From contig DASZFO010000312.1 in assembly GCA_035939775.1 (NCBI GenBank), positions 10,844 to 74,843 on the forward strand: a DNA stretch of 64,000 bases. Direction: 5' to 3'. The notes under the pieces are model-generated. The model saw only the letters and a list, made by a program, of their open reading frames with translations, made no database searches and was not told where the DNA came from. A program made the translations under genes and the position numbers. Positions 40,830 through 50,169 of this stretch are shown here, in pieces. Position 1 is the stretch's first letter. Every line of letters starts with the position of its first letter. Origin of the DNA: Pirellulales bacterium (GTDB taxonomy: Bacteria > Planctomycetota > Planctomycetia > Pirellulales > DATAWG01).

Positions 40830-41781
40830 AATCCTTGCCCGGATCGTGCCGCTCGGGTTGCGAGCGCAGCGCGTCGTCGAAGGGACGATGTCGGGGCTGC
40901 ACCGCTCGCCGCTGCACGGGATGAGCGTCGAGTTCGCCGACTACCGCGAATACACGCCCGGCGACGATCTCAAGCGCCTCGATTGGAGAGCCTACGCTCG
41001 CTCGAACCGCTATTATATAAAGCGGTACGAGGAAGAGACGAACTTCCGGGCGACCCTGTTGCTGGATGCCTCCGCGTCGATGCGTTATGGCCGGGCCGCC
41101 GCGCGGGGCGAAGGGGGCTTCACCAAATTCGACTACGCCGCCACGCTCGCCGCCTCGCTGGCCATGCTCTGCGTCAAGCAGCGCGATGCAGTTGGACTCG
41201 CGCTGTTCGACAACGCCGAGCGCTCGTGGCTGCGCCCCTCGGCGGCCCAGTCGCAGATGATCAAGATTCTCGATGCGCTCGAATCGGCCCGCCCCGACCG
41301 CACGACCGATCTCGGACTCGTGCTCAACAAAGTGGCCGCTCAGATCAATGCCCGCGGGCTGGTGATCGTGATCTCCGATCTGCTTTGCGACCTCGACGCG
41401 CTATATCAAGGTCTCGGCCGAGTGCAGCATCAAGGTCATGACGTTCTCATCTTTCACGTGTTGGACGAGGAAGAGATCGAATTGCCGTTCAACGACTCGG
41501 TGCTGTTTCGCGATATCGAAGGGAGCGAGGAGATCTTCGCCGAGCCGTGGGCCTTTCGCCAGGAATATAAGCGGGCAATGGAGGATTTCATCGACGACGT
41601 CGGCAACCGCTGCCGCGCGGCCGGGATCGACTACACGCTCTTGACGACGTCCGATGATTTGGGGCAAGGGATGGCCCGCTATCTGCACCAGCGGCAGAGC
41701 ATGGCAGGCCGGCGGATCGGCAAAATCACGTCCTCGTCTCACGAATATGCCGCCCCCCCGCCGCACGGAGGCGAGGCATGA
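40798..41781 (+). CDS. DUF58 (vWA-like) protein
   Basis: GLHRS, EFADYREYTPGDD, LDW, DASASM MIDAS-like, VISD; start ATG 40798. Confidence 0.9.
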   Translation: MSESVTYLKPEILARIVPLGLRAQRVVEGTMSGLHRSPLHGMSVEFADYREYTPGDDLKRLDWRAYARSNRYYIKRYEEETNFRATLLLDASASMRYGRAAARGEGGFTKFDYAATLAASLAMLCVKQRDAVGLALFDNAERSWLRPSAAQSQMIKILDALESARPDRTTDLGLVLNKVAAQINARGLVIVISDLLCDLDALYQGLGRVQHQGHDVLIFHVLDEEEIELPFNDSVLFRDIEGSEEIFAEPWAFRQEYKRAMEDFIDDVGNRCRAAGIDYTLLTTSDDLGQGMARYLHQRQSMAGRRIGKITSSSHEYAAPPPHGGEA

Positions 41782-43916
41782 CTTTTATGGCCGGATCGCT
41801 GCTCGGCGGGCTGGTGCTGGCCTCCGTGCCGATCATCATCCACATCCTGAATCGGCGACGGTTCCAGATCATCGATTGGCCGCCGATGAAATATCTCAAG
41901 CTCACGCTCAAGCGGAACCGCCGCCGCATCCGCATCGAGCAGATGATCCTGCTGGCCATGCGCACCCTGGCGGTGATCCTATTGATTCTGGCGATCGCCC
42001 GGCCAGTGATCCCGCAAAACGGGCTGGCCGCACTCTTTCCCGGCCGCAGTCGAACGAGCCACTTGATCGTGATCGACGATTCGCTCTCGATGGGCTACAC
42101 GACGGCCGGGCGCTCGGCCTTTCAGGTCGCGCAAAATGCAGCCGCCGATTTGCTCAAACTGGCCGGTACGCAGGACAGCGTGACGCTCATGGTAACATCC
42201 GCGCCGGATCGGCCGCTTGTGCGCGACGGCAGCTTGCAAGATGCCGCGAAGTTTTCCGACCTTGTCGCCGGGCTTTCGCTCACCGACACGCCGAGCAACT
42301 GGGCCGTGACGCTCGACGGCGTGAATGCGGCCCTCTCGACCGCCATCTATTCCGATAAGGAGGTCGTGATAATCACCGACCTGCGGCGCTCCGGATGGTC
42401 GAAAGACGTGACCCGCGTGGCCAACGACCTGGCAGCCGAGCGAATTCCGCTGCGGATTCTCGACGTCGGAGATCGCCGGACGGATAACGTCGCGCTGATG
42501 AAGTTCGAGTTGGAAGATGCGATTCCCTTGCCCGATCAGCCGATCCATCTGGCGGCCGAAATCCGCAACCACACGGCCGCCACGATCGCCGGCGCGCAGG
42601 CCACGCTCAGCGTCGATCGCGACAGCCGGCCAGTGCTGCTCCCCGATCTGCCCTCGGGCGCGAGCACGAATGTGCCGCTCACGCTGACGCTCGACTCGCC
42701 CGGACCGCACGCGATTTCGCTCGCGTTGGGGAAAGACGCACTGCCGCAGGACGACGTGCGGTATCTGAGCCTCGAAGTCCGCCCCACCGTCTCCGTGCTG
42801 CTGATCGACGGTGCGCCGTCGGCGCAAAAGTTCGAGTCGGAAACCGATTTCTTGGCGCTGGCCTATTCGGTTGGCGCTCGGCCGTGGAGCGTGGAGCGGA
42901 TCAGCCAATTCGATCCGCGGCGGTTGGTTCCCGGCGCGGCCGATGTGCCCGACGTGTTGGTGCTGGCGAACGTCGCATCGTTGACGGCCGAGCAGGCCGC
43001 GGCCGTCGAGCGGCTCGTGCAACGCGGGATGGGACTGATGATCTTCAGCGGCGATCTGGTCGACGTGGACCTGTACAACCAACGGCTCTATCGCGATGGC
43101 CGCGGCGCATTGCCGGCGAAGCTCGATCGACCGGTCGATACGCCCGCCACGGGGATCGTCGTCGAAAAGGATCCGCAGTCTCCCTTGGCTCCGCTGGCCA
43201 AGCTGGTTCCGGAGTCGCTGGCCCGGATTCATGCCAACCAGTATACGACGGTCCAATTCAGTACGCCGCCGCCGGAAGGCGTGAGCGTGTTGGCACGCTG
43301 GAACAATTCCGAGAATCCGCCCGCCGTGGTGCAAAAGGTGTTCGGCAAGGGGCGCGTGCTGCTCTTCACCTGCACGGCAGGCAAGAAATGGACCGATTGG
43401 CCCCTCGATCCGACCTATCTGCTCGCGGTTCGCTCGGCGGCCCTGGCGATTGCCCGCAGCCAGGAAGCCGGCGGCGCGATCGCGGCCGGCGAGGCGATTC
43501 GCGTGCCGCTCGACAATAACCAGGCGGCCCTCGATCCGAAGATGACGATTCCGGGCAAGACCGCGCCCGATTCGGTCGAGATCGAGAAGCCCTCGCCGAA
43601 CTCGAGCTTGCTGCGCTACGGCAAAACTTACCACTCGGGGATTTACACGCTCTCGTGGCGCGATGAGCGGTCGAACCCTCGTTCGCTGCGCTTCGCCGTC
43701 AATCCGCCGCCGAGCGAAAGCGATCTCGATCCGCTCTTGGAACCTCAACTGACCGAGCTGCTCGGCAATCTCAAGCCGACCATCCAGCGCTACGACACGA
43801 GCGGCGCAAGCCTCAGCACCCCGCCTCGCGAAATCTGGCGCCCGCTGGCCACGATGCTGCTGGGGCTGCTAGGGTTGGAAGCAGTCTTCGCCGTCTGGGT
43901 GGGAAGAGAACGATAG
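41778..43916 (+). CDS. BatA N-terminal + vWA + GATase-like membrane protein
   Basis: PIIIHILNRRR, LAIARP, DDSLSM MIDAS, ITD, C-terminal ESDL and TM (EIWRPL...EAVF). Confidence 0.85.
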   Translation: MTFMAGSLLGGLVLASVPIIIHILNRRRFQIIDWPPMKYLKLTLKRNRRRIRIEQMILLAMRTLAVILLILAIARPVIPQNGLAALFPGRSRTSHLIVIDDSLSMGYTTAGRSAFQVAQNAAADLLKLAGTQDSVTLMVTSAPDRPLVRDGSLQDAAKFSDLVAGLSLTDTPSNWAVTLDGVNAALSTAIYSDKEVVIITDLRRSGWSKDVTRVANDLAAERIPLRILDVGDRRTDNVALMKFELEDAIPLPDQPIHLAAEIRNHTAATIAGAQATLSVDRDSRPVLLPDLPSGASTNVPLTLTLDSPGPHAISLALGKDALPQDDVRYLSLEVRPTVSVLLIDGAPSAQKFESETDFLALAYSVGARPWSVERISQFDPRRLVPGAADVPDVLVLANVASLTAEQAAAVERLVQRGMGLMIFSGDLVDVDLYNQRLYRDGRGALPAKLDRPVDTPATGIVVEKDPQSPLAPLAKLVPESLARIHANQYTTVQFSTPPPEGVSVLARWNNSENPPAVVQKVFGKGRVLLFTCTAGKKWTDWPLDPTYLLAVRSAALAIARSQEAGGAIAAGEAIRVPLDNNQAALDPKMTIPGKTAPDSVEIEKPSPNSSLLRYGKTYHSGIYTLSWRDERSNPRSLRFAVNPPPSESDLDPLLEPQLTELLGNLKPTIQRYDTSGASLSTPPREIWRPLATMLLGLLGLEAVFAVWVGRER

Positions 43917-43921
43917 GCGAC

Positions 43922-44102
43922 CGCAGATGAACTCAACGAAGAGAACCGCAGATGAACGCAGATGAACACAGATTGAAGTTATGTCGCGGCGGCGGCGCCG
44001 CCGTCGAATCAGTAACAAATCCGTGTCGGGGCACCCGCGCCAGCGGGTCGGCGTCCATCTGCGGTCGCTTTGTCTTCTTGGCGTTCTTGGCGTCTTGGCG
44101 GT
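43922..44102. repeat. Intergenic 10-mer/9-mer repeat cassette
   Basis: CGCAGATGAA x3-4 (43922-43977), inverted CATCTGCG (~44056), TCTTGGCGT x3 (44076-44102). Confidence 0.65.
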
Positions 44103-44112
44103 AAACAAAACG

Positions 44113-46548
44113 ATGTCGGAAAGCTTGTTGCGATATCTGCTGAATGTCGAGCCGGCCCCTTGGACCGAAGGGGGCGAGATGCGCCTGGGCTGGCTCAATC
44201 TGCCGCAGCACGATTTCGCGCTGTTGCTGCTCTTGGGTATTGTCGCCGCGGCGGCCGCGATTCTCTATCTCTACCATCGCGAAGGCCGAATGCTCTCGCG
44301 ATTTGCCCGGCTGTCGCTCGCCGCCCTGCGATTCCTGACGCTCGCCGGCGTGCTCGCGATGCTGCTCGAGCCGGCGATCATCTTCACCAAGCGCGAAACG
44401 ATCCCCTCGCGCCTTCTGGTGCTGGTGGACGACTCCGAGAGCCTGGATTTCAAGGATGCCTACGTCGACGCCGGCCAAGCCAAGCGGATTGCCGATGCGC
44501 TCCAGCTCAAATCGGTCGACGCGCTGCGCGAGCAAACCCGGCTCAAGCTCGCCGAGCGGGCCTTCGAGCGCGGACTGCTGACCAAGCTCGCGGAGAATGG
44601 CGATCGCGTCGTCACGCGCCACGATTTTTCCGGCCAGCTTTTCGATCCGCAACCCGCCGCCGAGTCAACGAGATCAACCTTGGCGGCGTCCACCCGCGAC
44701 CGCAGCACCACCGGCATCGGCACCGCGGTCAAGCAGGCGCTGGCCGCCTATCGCGGTCAGCCGCTGGCCGGGATGCTGATCGTCACCGACGGCCAATCGA
44801 ACACGGGCGAGCCAGTGAACAAGGCCGCCGAAGCCGCCGCGGCCGAAGGCGTTCCGCTAGTGGCCCTCGCCGTCGGCACGCCCGAAGGGCCGCGCAACGC
44901 CGCGATCACGAAGATCGACGTCAGCCCGGTCGTCTTCGTTCGCGACACGAATCAGGCCCATGTGATCGTTAATTCCCGCGGGATGGCCGGGCAGCCGGCC
45001 AATGTCGTGTTCGAGCGGCAATCCGAGGGAGGCGCGTGGGAAGAAATCGGCCGCAAGCCGGTCGTGCTCGAAGAATCGGGCACGGTGCAGACCGTCACCT
45101 TCGATTTCAAGGAAGACCGCCCGACGAAGCTCGTCCTGCGGGCGACGATTCAAGACGCCGGTCCGGAGCTGACCACCGCCGACAACGTCCAGCTTGCCGA
45201 GGTCCGCGTCATCCGGCAGAAGATCAAGGTGCTGTTCGTCTCGGGGCATTCGTTTCCGGAGTTCGAGTTCATCCGCAACATGCTGCTCCGCGACAACGCC
45301 CTTTCCGCCGGCATCTGGCTGCAAACGGCCGAGAAGGATTACACGCAGCCCGGCACGCCCGGCATCAAGCGGCTGCCGATCAATAGCGAGGAGTTAAACG
45401 ACTTCGATTGCGTGATCCTCTACGATCCCGATCCGGCGCTCTGGCCGGAGGCGTTCCCACAGATGCTGGTCGATTTCGTCGGCAAGGCGGGAGGCGGCTT
45501 GATCTATGTGGCCGGCGAGCGGTTCACCAAGGATTTCTTCGATCGGCCCGACGATCCCAATTCCGTTTGGCTGCCGCTCTTGCCGGTGGTCTCCGAGCCG
45601 GGACTATTCCGCACTGATGTTACCGCCAAGCTGAGCGCGAAGAACGCCTGGAAGCTCGAGATCAGTCCCGAAGGTCATGCCGATCCGGTCTTTCAATTCG
45701 CCGAAAAGCCGGAGGAAAACGATCGCATCCTCTCGGCCTTGCCCGGCATGTTCTGGCATTATCCGGTGACGAGGGCCAAAGCGGGAGCGACCGTGCTCGC
45801 CCGCCACGCCGATCCGCGGATGCGGAACGAATACGGCAATCACGTGCTCTTGGCCACGCAATTGGTCGGGCCGGGGCGGAGCTTCTTCGTCGGCTTCGAT
45901 TCGACCTATCGCTGGCGCTATCTCGACGAGCAGACGTTCGACGGCTTCTGGGCCCGGATGATCGATCGCGCCGGCCGCTCGAAGCAGCTCGGTGGCCGCT
46001 ATCCGTATTCGCTCTCGACCGATCGGGCCGGCTATCGCCCCGGCTCGCAGGTAACACTGACCGCGCGGTTCGAGAACCCGAACGACAAGGACGCCGGGCT
46101 GGATCAGATGCACGGCGAAGTCGAATTGCCCGACGCCCCGCCGCTCTCCATCACGCTCTCGCCGCGCAAGAACGATTCGACCGCCTTCGAGGCCACGTTT
46201 CCAGTGAGCAAGGCGGGACCGCATTTCGTCAAAGTCTGGGCTGGCGACCCCGACGCGAAACAAATGATCCGCGCCGCGACGCTCGAATTCCCCGTCGAGC
46301 TGCCAAACCTCGAATACGACCAGCCGACGCTGAACCTGCCGGTGCTGCAAGGCCTGGCCAAAGCAACCGGCGGCGCGGTCTTCGACCTTTCCGAGATCGA
46401 CCAAATCCCCGACGCATTCAAAATCAAACGGATCGCCCGAGTGCTCGAAGACCGCCAACCGATCTTCAACGCCCCGCTCCTATTCGGCTTCGTCCTGCTC
46501 TGCCTATTCGTGGAATGGGTCTTGCGCAAAAAATGCCGGCTGATCTGA
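44113..46548 (+). CDS. Membrane vWA + glutamine-amidotransferase-like domain protein
   Basis: Two N-terminal TMs, LVDDSESL, IVTDGQSN, FDCVILYD, GGGLIYVAG, YRWR, C-terminal TM EWVLRKK; start refined to ATG 44113. Confidence 0.8.
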   Translation: MSESLLRYLLNVEPAPWTEGGEMRLGWLNLPQHDFALLLLLGIVAAAAAILYLYHREGRMLSRFARLSLAALRFLTLAGVLAMLLEPAIIFTKRETIPSRLLVLVDDSESLDFKDAYVDAGQAKRIADALQLKSVDALREQTRLKLAERAFERGLLTKLAENGDRVVTRHDFSGQLFDPQPAAESTRSTLAASTRDRSTTGIGTAVKQALAAYRGQPLAGMLIVTDGQSNTGEPVNKAAEAAAAEGVPLVALAVGTPEGPRNAAITKIDVSPVVFVRDTNQAHVIVNSRGMAGQPANVVFERQSEGGAWEEIGRKPVVLEESGTVQTVTFDFKEDRPTKLVLRATIQDAGPELTTADNVQLAEVRVIRQKIKVLFVSGHSFPEFEFIRNMLLRDNALSAGIWLQTAEKDYTQPGTPGIKRLPINSEELNDFDCVILYDPDPALWPEAFPQMLVDFVGKAGGGLIYVAGERFTKDFFDRPDDPNSVWLPLLPVVSEPGLFRTDVTAKLSAKNAWKLEISPEGHADPVFQFAEKPEENDRILSALPGMFWHYPVTRAKAGATVLARHADPRMRNEYGNHVLLATQLVGPGRSFFVGFDSTYRWRYLDEQTFDGFWARMIDRAGRSKQLGGRYPYSLSTDRAGYRPGSQVTLTARFENPNDKDAGLDQMHGEVELPDAPPLSITLSPRKNDSTAFEATFPVSKAGPHFVKVWAGDPDAKQMIRAATLEFPVELPNLEYDQPTLNLPVLQGLAKATGGAVFDLSEIDQIPDAFKIKRIARVLEDRQPIFNAPLLFGFVLLCLFVEWVLRKKCRLI

Positions 46549-46583
46549 CGGCGCGGGTCAATGCCAATGCCGGGGAATAGGAC

Positions 46584-47117
46584 TCAGGGTGACTTCGGCT
46601 GCTCTGTCAAACTCTGATAAATCGCGCGGAAATCGTCTTGGGTCTCGTCCCAATGCGACGGTGTTGTCCACGTATTAACTTGGTTCCAGCGTGTGGTAGT
46701 TTCAATATACGTGTCCAAGAATCTCACCTTGACGTTTTTCGTCGTCCCGCTTACTTCGTATTGAATTGCGTCCGCGCCGTTTATTTTAAGTTCCTTTGGT
46801 CCTGTCTCAGTGCGATCCTCAATCTTTTTCTTCTCGCGCGCCATTCTCATGGTCGCATCCGCGTACTCCCTCAGTGACTTGAATTTAAGGTCTCCCTTCG
46901 GTTCGCTGATTACAACTAGAAATGCCCCTTTGTCTGGCGACTTCGCCTGAATATGTCGTTCGAGCACACCGGCCAAAACCGTGGTTTCCCACCCTTCCGG
47001 CAAAATGATTTGCACTCGTTTGTCCTTGCTTTGGAGAACCTTCGAATCGTCTGCCCCCGATGCGATACAGCCCAAAAACAACAACGCCGGAATCGCCATT
47101 GAGAATCGTCTAGTCAT
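46584..47117 (-). CDS. Exported hypothetical protein (PsbP/DcrB-like fold suspected)
   Basis: Signal/lipobox-like MTRRFSMAIPALLFLGC; LPEGWE, INGADAIQY, FRAIYQSL; visibly AT-richer than its neighbours. Confidence 0.6.
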   Translation of the reverse strand: MTRRFSMAIPALLFLGCIASGADDSKVLQSKDKRVQIILPEGWETTVLAGVLERHIQAKSPDKGAFLVVISEPKGDLKFKSLREYADATMRMAREKKKIEDRTETGPKELKINGADAIQYEVSGTTKNVKVRFLDTYIETTTRWNQVNTWTTPSHWDETQDDFRAIYQSLTEQPKSP

Positions 47118-47355
47118 TTGATCCACCGAGTTCCTTTCAGAACAGAGTCGGCTGCTGGGGCGATGGTGAAGTTGTAGGCCTTGCAATCCTACTGAATTGA
47201 ACGCCTGATTCCGCAAGGGATTGTCATTTTTTTTGGCCGATCGCGGGCATTCTTTTTGCGCCCTAAACCCAAGGGCCGTTCTTCTGGTGCAGCAATTCGG
47301 ATGCCGTGGCTCGAGTAAACACAGTTCAGAACGATTTATTAATTCGCGATTACTC

Positions 47356-47586
47356 CTAGGCTCCCCCCGAGGCGGCTTCCACGTCAATAATGAACTCCGT
47401 GCCCGCCTCCGTCGGAATCGCGTCGCCCGCCTCACGGCAGTCGTCAATATAAAGTTCCATCGCTTCGCGGGCATTGTCGAGCACCTCGGCCCGCGTGTCT
47501 ACCTGACTGATGCAACCGGGCGGCGTCGCAGCGCTGACGACGTATCGGCCGTCTTGCTCCTGCTCCAAAGCAACTGTGTATCGCAG
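47356..47586 (-). CDS. hicB: Orphan HicB-like antitoxin, possibly decaying
   Basis: (CTG)RYTVALEQEQDGRYVVS..PGCISQVDTRAEVLDNAREAMELY; start is CTG behind GGAGAAG; no HicA seen. Confidence 0.65.
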   Translation of the reverse strand: MRYTVALEQEQDGRYVVSAATPPGCISQVDTRAEVLDNAREAMELYIDDCREAGDAIPTEAGTEFIIDVEAASGGA

Positions 47587-47643
47587 TCGATTCTTCTCCG
47601 GCGTTTGGCTGGACCGATATCTGCGCCGAGTATTCTACCTTGT

Positions 47644-47786
47644 GACGCGGCCGGCGGCCACGCGGCGACAGGCAACTCGTCTCTGCCCCAACGGGGCTAC
47701 GCCCTCCAGGCATACTCGGCGTAGGCCGAGGCGGCCAACGCCGGGCTGGAGGGCGCAACGAGTTTTCATAGAAGGAACGCCGCGTC
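47644..47786. other. Nested long hairpin (structured RNA or REP-derived element)
   Basis: Pairs 47644-51/47779-86, 47674-80/47758-64, 47700-09/47746-55, plus side hairpin GCCCCAACGGGGC at 47685-97. Confidence 0.5.
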
Positions 47787-47926
47787 AACGCACAAAAAAA
47801 AGGGGACGCGACGGGCGCGAACTGCATTTTGCGGCGGATGCCATTCCGGGTCCGCGCCCTGCGGTTCCGAATCCGCTCTTGTTCAATCGCATTTTTGTCT
47901 CGAAATTTCCGGTCCGCGGCGCGGCG

Positions 47927-47936
47927 TGGTATAACT
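47927..47936 (+). promoter_or_regulatory. Extended -10 element, probable leaderless promoter
   Basis: TGGTATAACT a few nt upstream of ATG 47944; no SD sequence. Confidence 0.45.
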
Positions 47937-47943
47937 CCAGGCT

Positions 47944-50112
47944 ATGGCAACGATCGATTCACTATCGCTCGCCGAGCTGCCGCGAATGCAATCCGAGCTT
48001 GTCGCGCGGCTGGTGCGGGTTCGCCGGCGCGTGCGGCTGCGGCTGGTGATCGAGGGGCTGGCGATCGTGCTGGCGGAAGCGGCGGGCCTCGCGCTGTTCA
48101 CGTTTTGGGCCGATCATGCATTTCGACTCGGCGTGGGGGCGCGAATCGGGCTGTTGATCGTCGCCGCCGGCATCCTACTCGTCGAAGCTTGGCGGCGGAT
48201 CTTCGCGCCGTTGCTGATACCGCTGGGGCTAGTGGCGCTGGCTGGGGCGATCGGCCGCAAGACGCACGCCGGCGACGACGGCGATTTGGGGGGACGCGTT
48301 GCCTCTGTCCTGGAACTGCCGGCGCTGCTCGCTGGCCGCACTGCGCCCAGCGCCGCGATGATCGAGCGAGCAGTGCGCCATCGTCACGAGGCGCTAGCGC
48401 GCGTCGATTTCGGCGCCGCGCTCGATCATGCGCGGCTCCGCAAAATGCTAATGCTACTGCTGGCGGCTGTTTTGATCCCGACGTCGCTCGTCGTTGTATT
48501 TCCCGATATGGCGAGCCTCTGGGCGCGGCGGCTGTTTCTCGCCTCGCGCGAGCCGTGGCCGCAAAATACCTACCTGCGAGTCACCGATGACCGCAATGGC
48601 CGAATCCAAGCGCCGCGCGGAGAGCCGTATGTGCTGCGGGCAAGCGCTCGCGACGGGAGCCTAGCCCCCGAGAAGATTCTGCTCACGATCCGCGGCAACG
48701 ATAAGACGAGCGTGCTGATGAAGCAATTCGGCGACAACGATTTCCGCCACGATTTCGCCGTCATCGAGCAGCCGCTCGAATTGGAGTTGGAAGGAGGAGA
48801 CTCCGATTACGGGCCGGTGCTGCTCGATCCGGTCGATCGCCCGCGGATCGTCGGCCTGGAGTTGCAGGCCCAGCACCCGCGGCAAGCAGCGGCCGAGAAG
48901 CACAACTTCAACGGGGGCGACGCCGATCTGAGCTTTCTCGTGAAGACCAAGCTCGCGCTGGGGATCGTTGCGAACGTGCCGCTTCGCGAGCTGCGATTAA
49001 AGTCGCAATCGGCGCATCCGAAGCCGGCCGACCTACGGCGGCTCGACGCGATGAACTATGTCGTTGAATGGATCCAGCAAGGCCCCGCGAAGTTCGATCT
49101 GGAGTTGGTCGCGGAAGACTCGGGATTGGTCTCGCTGCCCGTCCCCGTGAGCATTGGTCTCAAGGTGGATCAGCCGCCGCGCGTGACGATGGCGTATAGC
49201 GGAGTCCGCCAACGGATCACGCCGCAGGCGAAGATTCCGCTGGCGATCGACGCCCGCGACGACTACGGCCTGGCCGCGGTCGGACTGACGATCAAAGACG
49301 AAACTCCCGATCCGATCGATCCAGCAAAACTCGTCGCCCGCAGCTCGCCGCAGCCGCTCTTTCCCGCGAACGGCGCCGCGCCGCCAAAGCCCGACGCGCT
49401 GCCGCCGCAATTGCAGCTCAAACAGACAGTCGACGTGGCGCCAGAAAAGCTGGCCCCCGGTTCGTTCATTTCGGTAACAGCCGAGGCGACCGACGACTGC
49501 TACACCGGCCGTCAGATGAGCCATTCGCGAACGGTCATTTTCGGCATCGTTTCGCCCGAGGATTTGTTCCGTGAGATTCTGCTGCGACAGCAGGCCGAGC
49601 GGATCAAGTTCCGCAAGCAAGAGGAAGAAGCGGAGAAGATTCGCGATCTGATCCAATCGGCCGCCGACGCCAAGCAAGTTGGCGAGATCGCTCGCCGCCA
49701 TCGCGCGTTGCAGCTTGAAACGCTGCGGATCACCACCGTGCTGAACGAATCGCTGACCGAGATCAAGCTGAACGGCCTCGGTTCGCCCGAATCGCATGCC
49801 CTGATGGAGCGCAACGTGCTCGCGCCGCTCAAGGCATTGGCAGACGAGCTGATCGGCCCGCAAACGTCCGCGATGGACGGGCTTGCTCCGGCCAGCGGCG
49901 CGGCGCCCGATCCGGGCAAGATTCGTGCTGCGTTGGATCGGCAGGAGCAGATCGTCAGCCGCATGAAGACGATCCTCCTGCAGATGGCCCAATGGGATAG
50001 CTTTGTCGACGTGCTCAATCAGCTCGACCAGATCATCAAGCTGGAAACGGGCATCAAGGACGGCAGCCAGCAGCTTCAGAAGAAAGAAACCGAAGGTTTG
50101 TTTGACAAATAA
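47944..50112 (+). CDS. Membrane protein with Ig-like and coiled-coil regions (DUF4175-like member of MoxR/vWA clusters)
   Basis: Three N-terminal TMs, PWPQNT, DQPPRV, ARDDYGL, C-terminal coiled coil. Confidence 0.65.
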   Translation: MATIDSLSLAELPRMQSELVARLVRVRRRVRLRLVIEGLAIVLAEAAGLALFTFWADHAFRLGVGARIGLLIVAAGILLVEAWRRIFAPLLIPLGLVALAGAIGRKTHAGDDGDLGGRVASVLELPALLAGRTAPSAAMIERAVRHRHEALARVDFGAALDHARLRKMLMLLLAAVLIPTSLVVVFPDMASLWARRLFLASREPWPQNTYLRVTDDRNGRIQAPRGEPYVLRASARDGSLAPEKILLTIRGNDKTSVLMKQFGDNDFRHDFAVIEQPLELELEGGDSDYGPVLLDPVDRPRIVGLELQAQHPRQAAAEKHNFNGGDADLSFLVKTKLALGIVANVPLRELRLKSQSAHPKPADLRRLDAMNYVVEWIQQGPAKFDLELVAEDSGLVSLPVPVSIGLKVDQPPRVTMAYSGVRQRITPQAKIPLAIDARDDYGLAAVGLTIKDETPDPIDPAKLVARSSPQPLFPANGAAPPKPDALPPQLQLKQTVDVAPEKLAPGSFISVTAEATDDCYTGRQMSHSRTVIFGIVSPEDLFREILLRQQAERIKFRKQEEEAEKIRDLIQSAADAKQVGEIARRHRALQLETLRITTVLNESLTEIKLNGLGSPESHALMERNVLAPLKALADELIGPQTSAMDGLAPASGAAPDPGKIRAALDRQEQIVSRMKTILLQMAQWDSFVDVLNQLDQIIKLETGIKDGSQQLQKKETEGLFDK

Positions 50113-50169
50113 CCCCGGATGGGGGACAATGCTCGGGAACTCTTCAACTCTCGGCTAAGGAGGTGTCGG

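Noticed and set aside
43981..44112. Arg-rich N-terminal extension of the 855-aa ORF (similarly 59873-59977 and 27118-27195)
   Set aside because: These translate intergenic repeat cassettes; better starts lie downstream
47120..47355. Expected hicA next to hicB
   Set aside because: I could not find a HicA-like frame (no GSH motif) on either side
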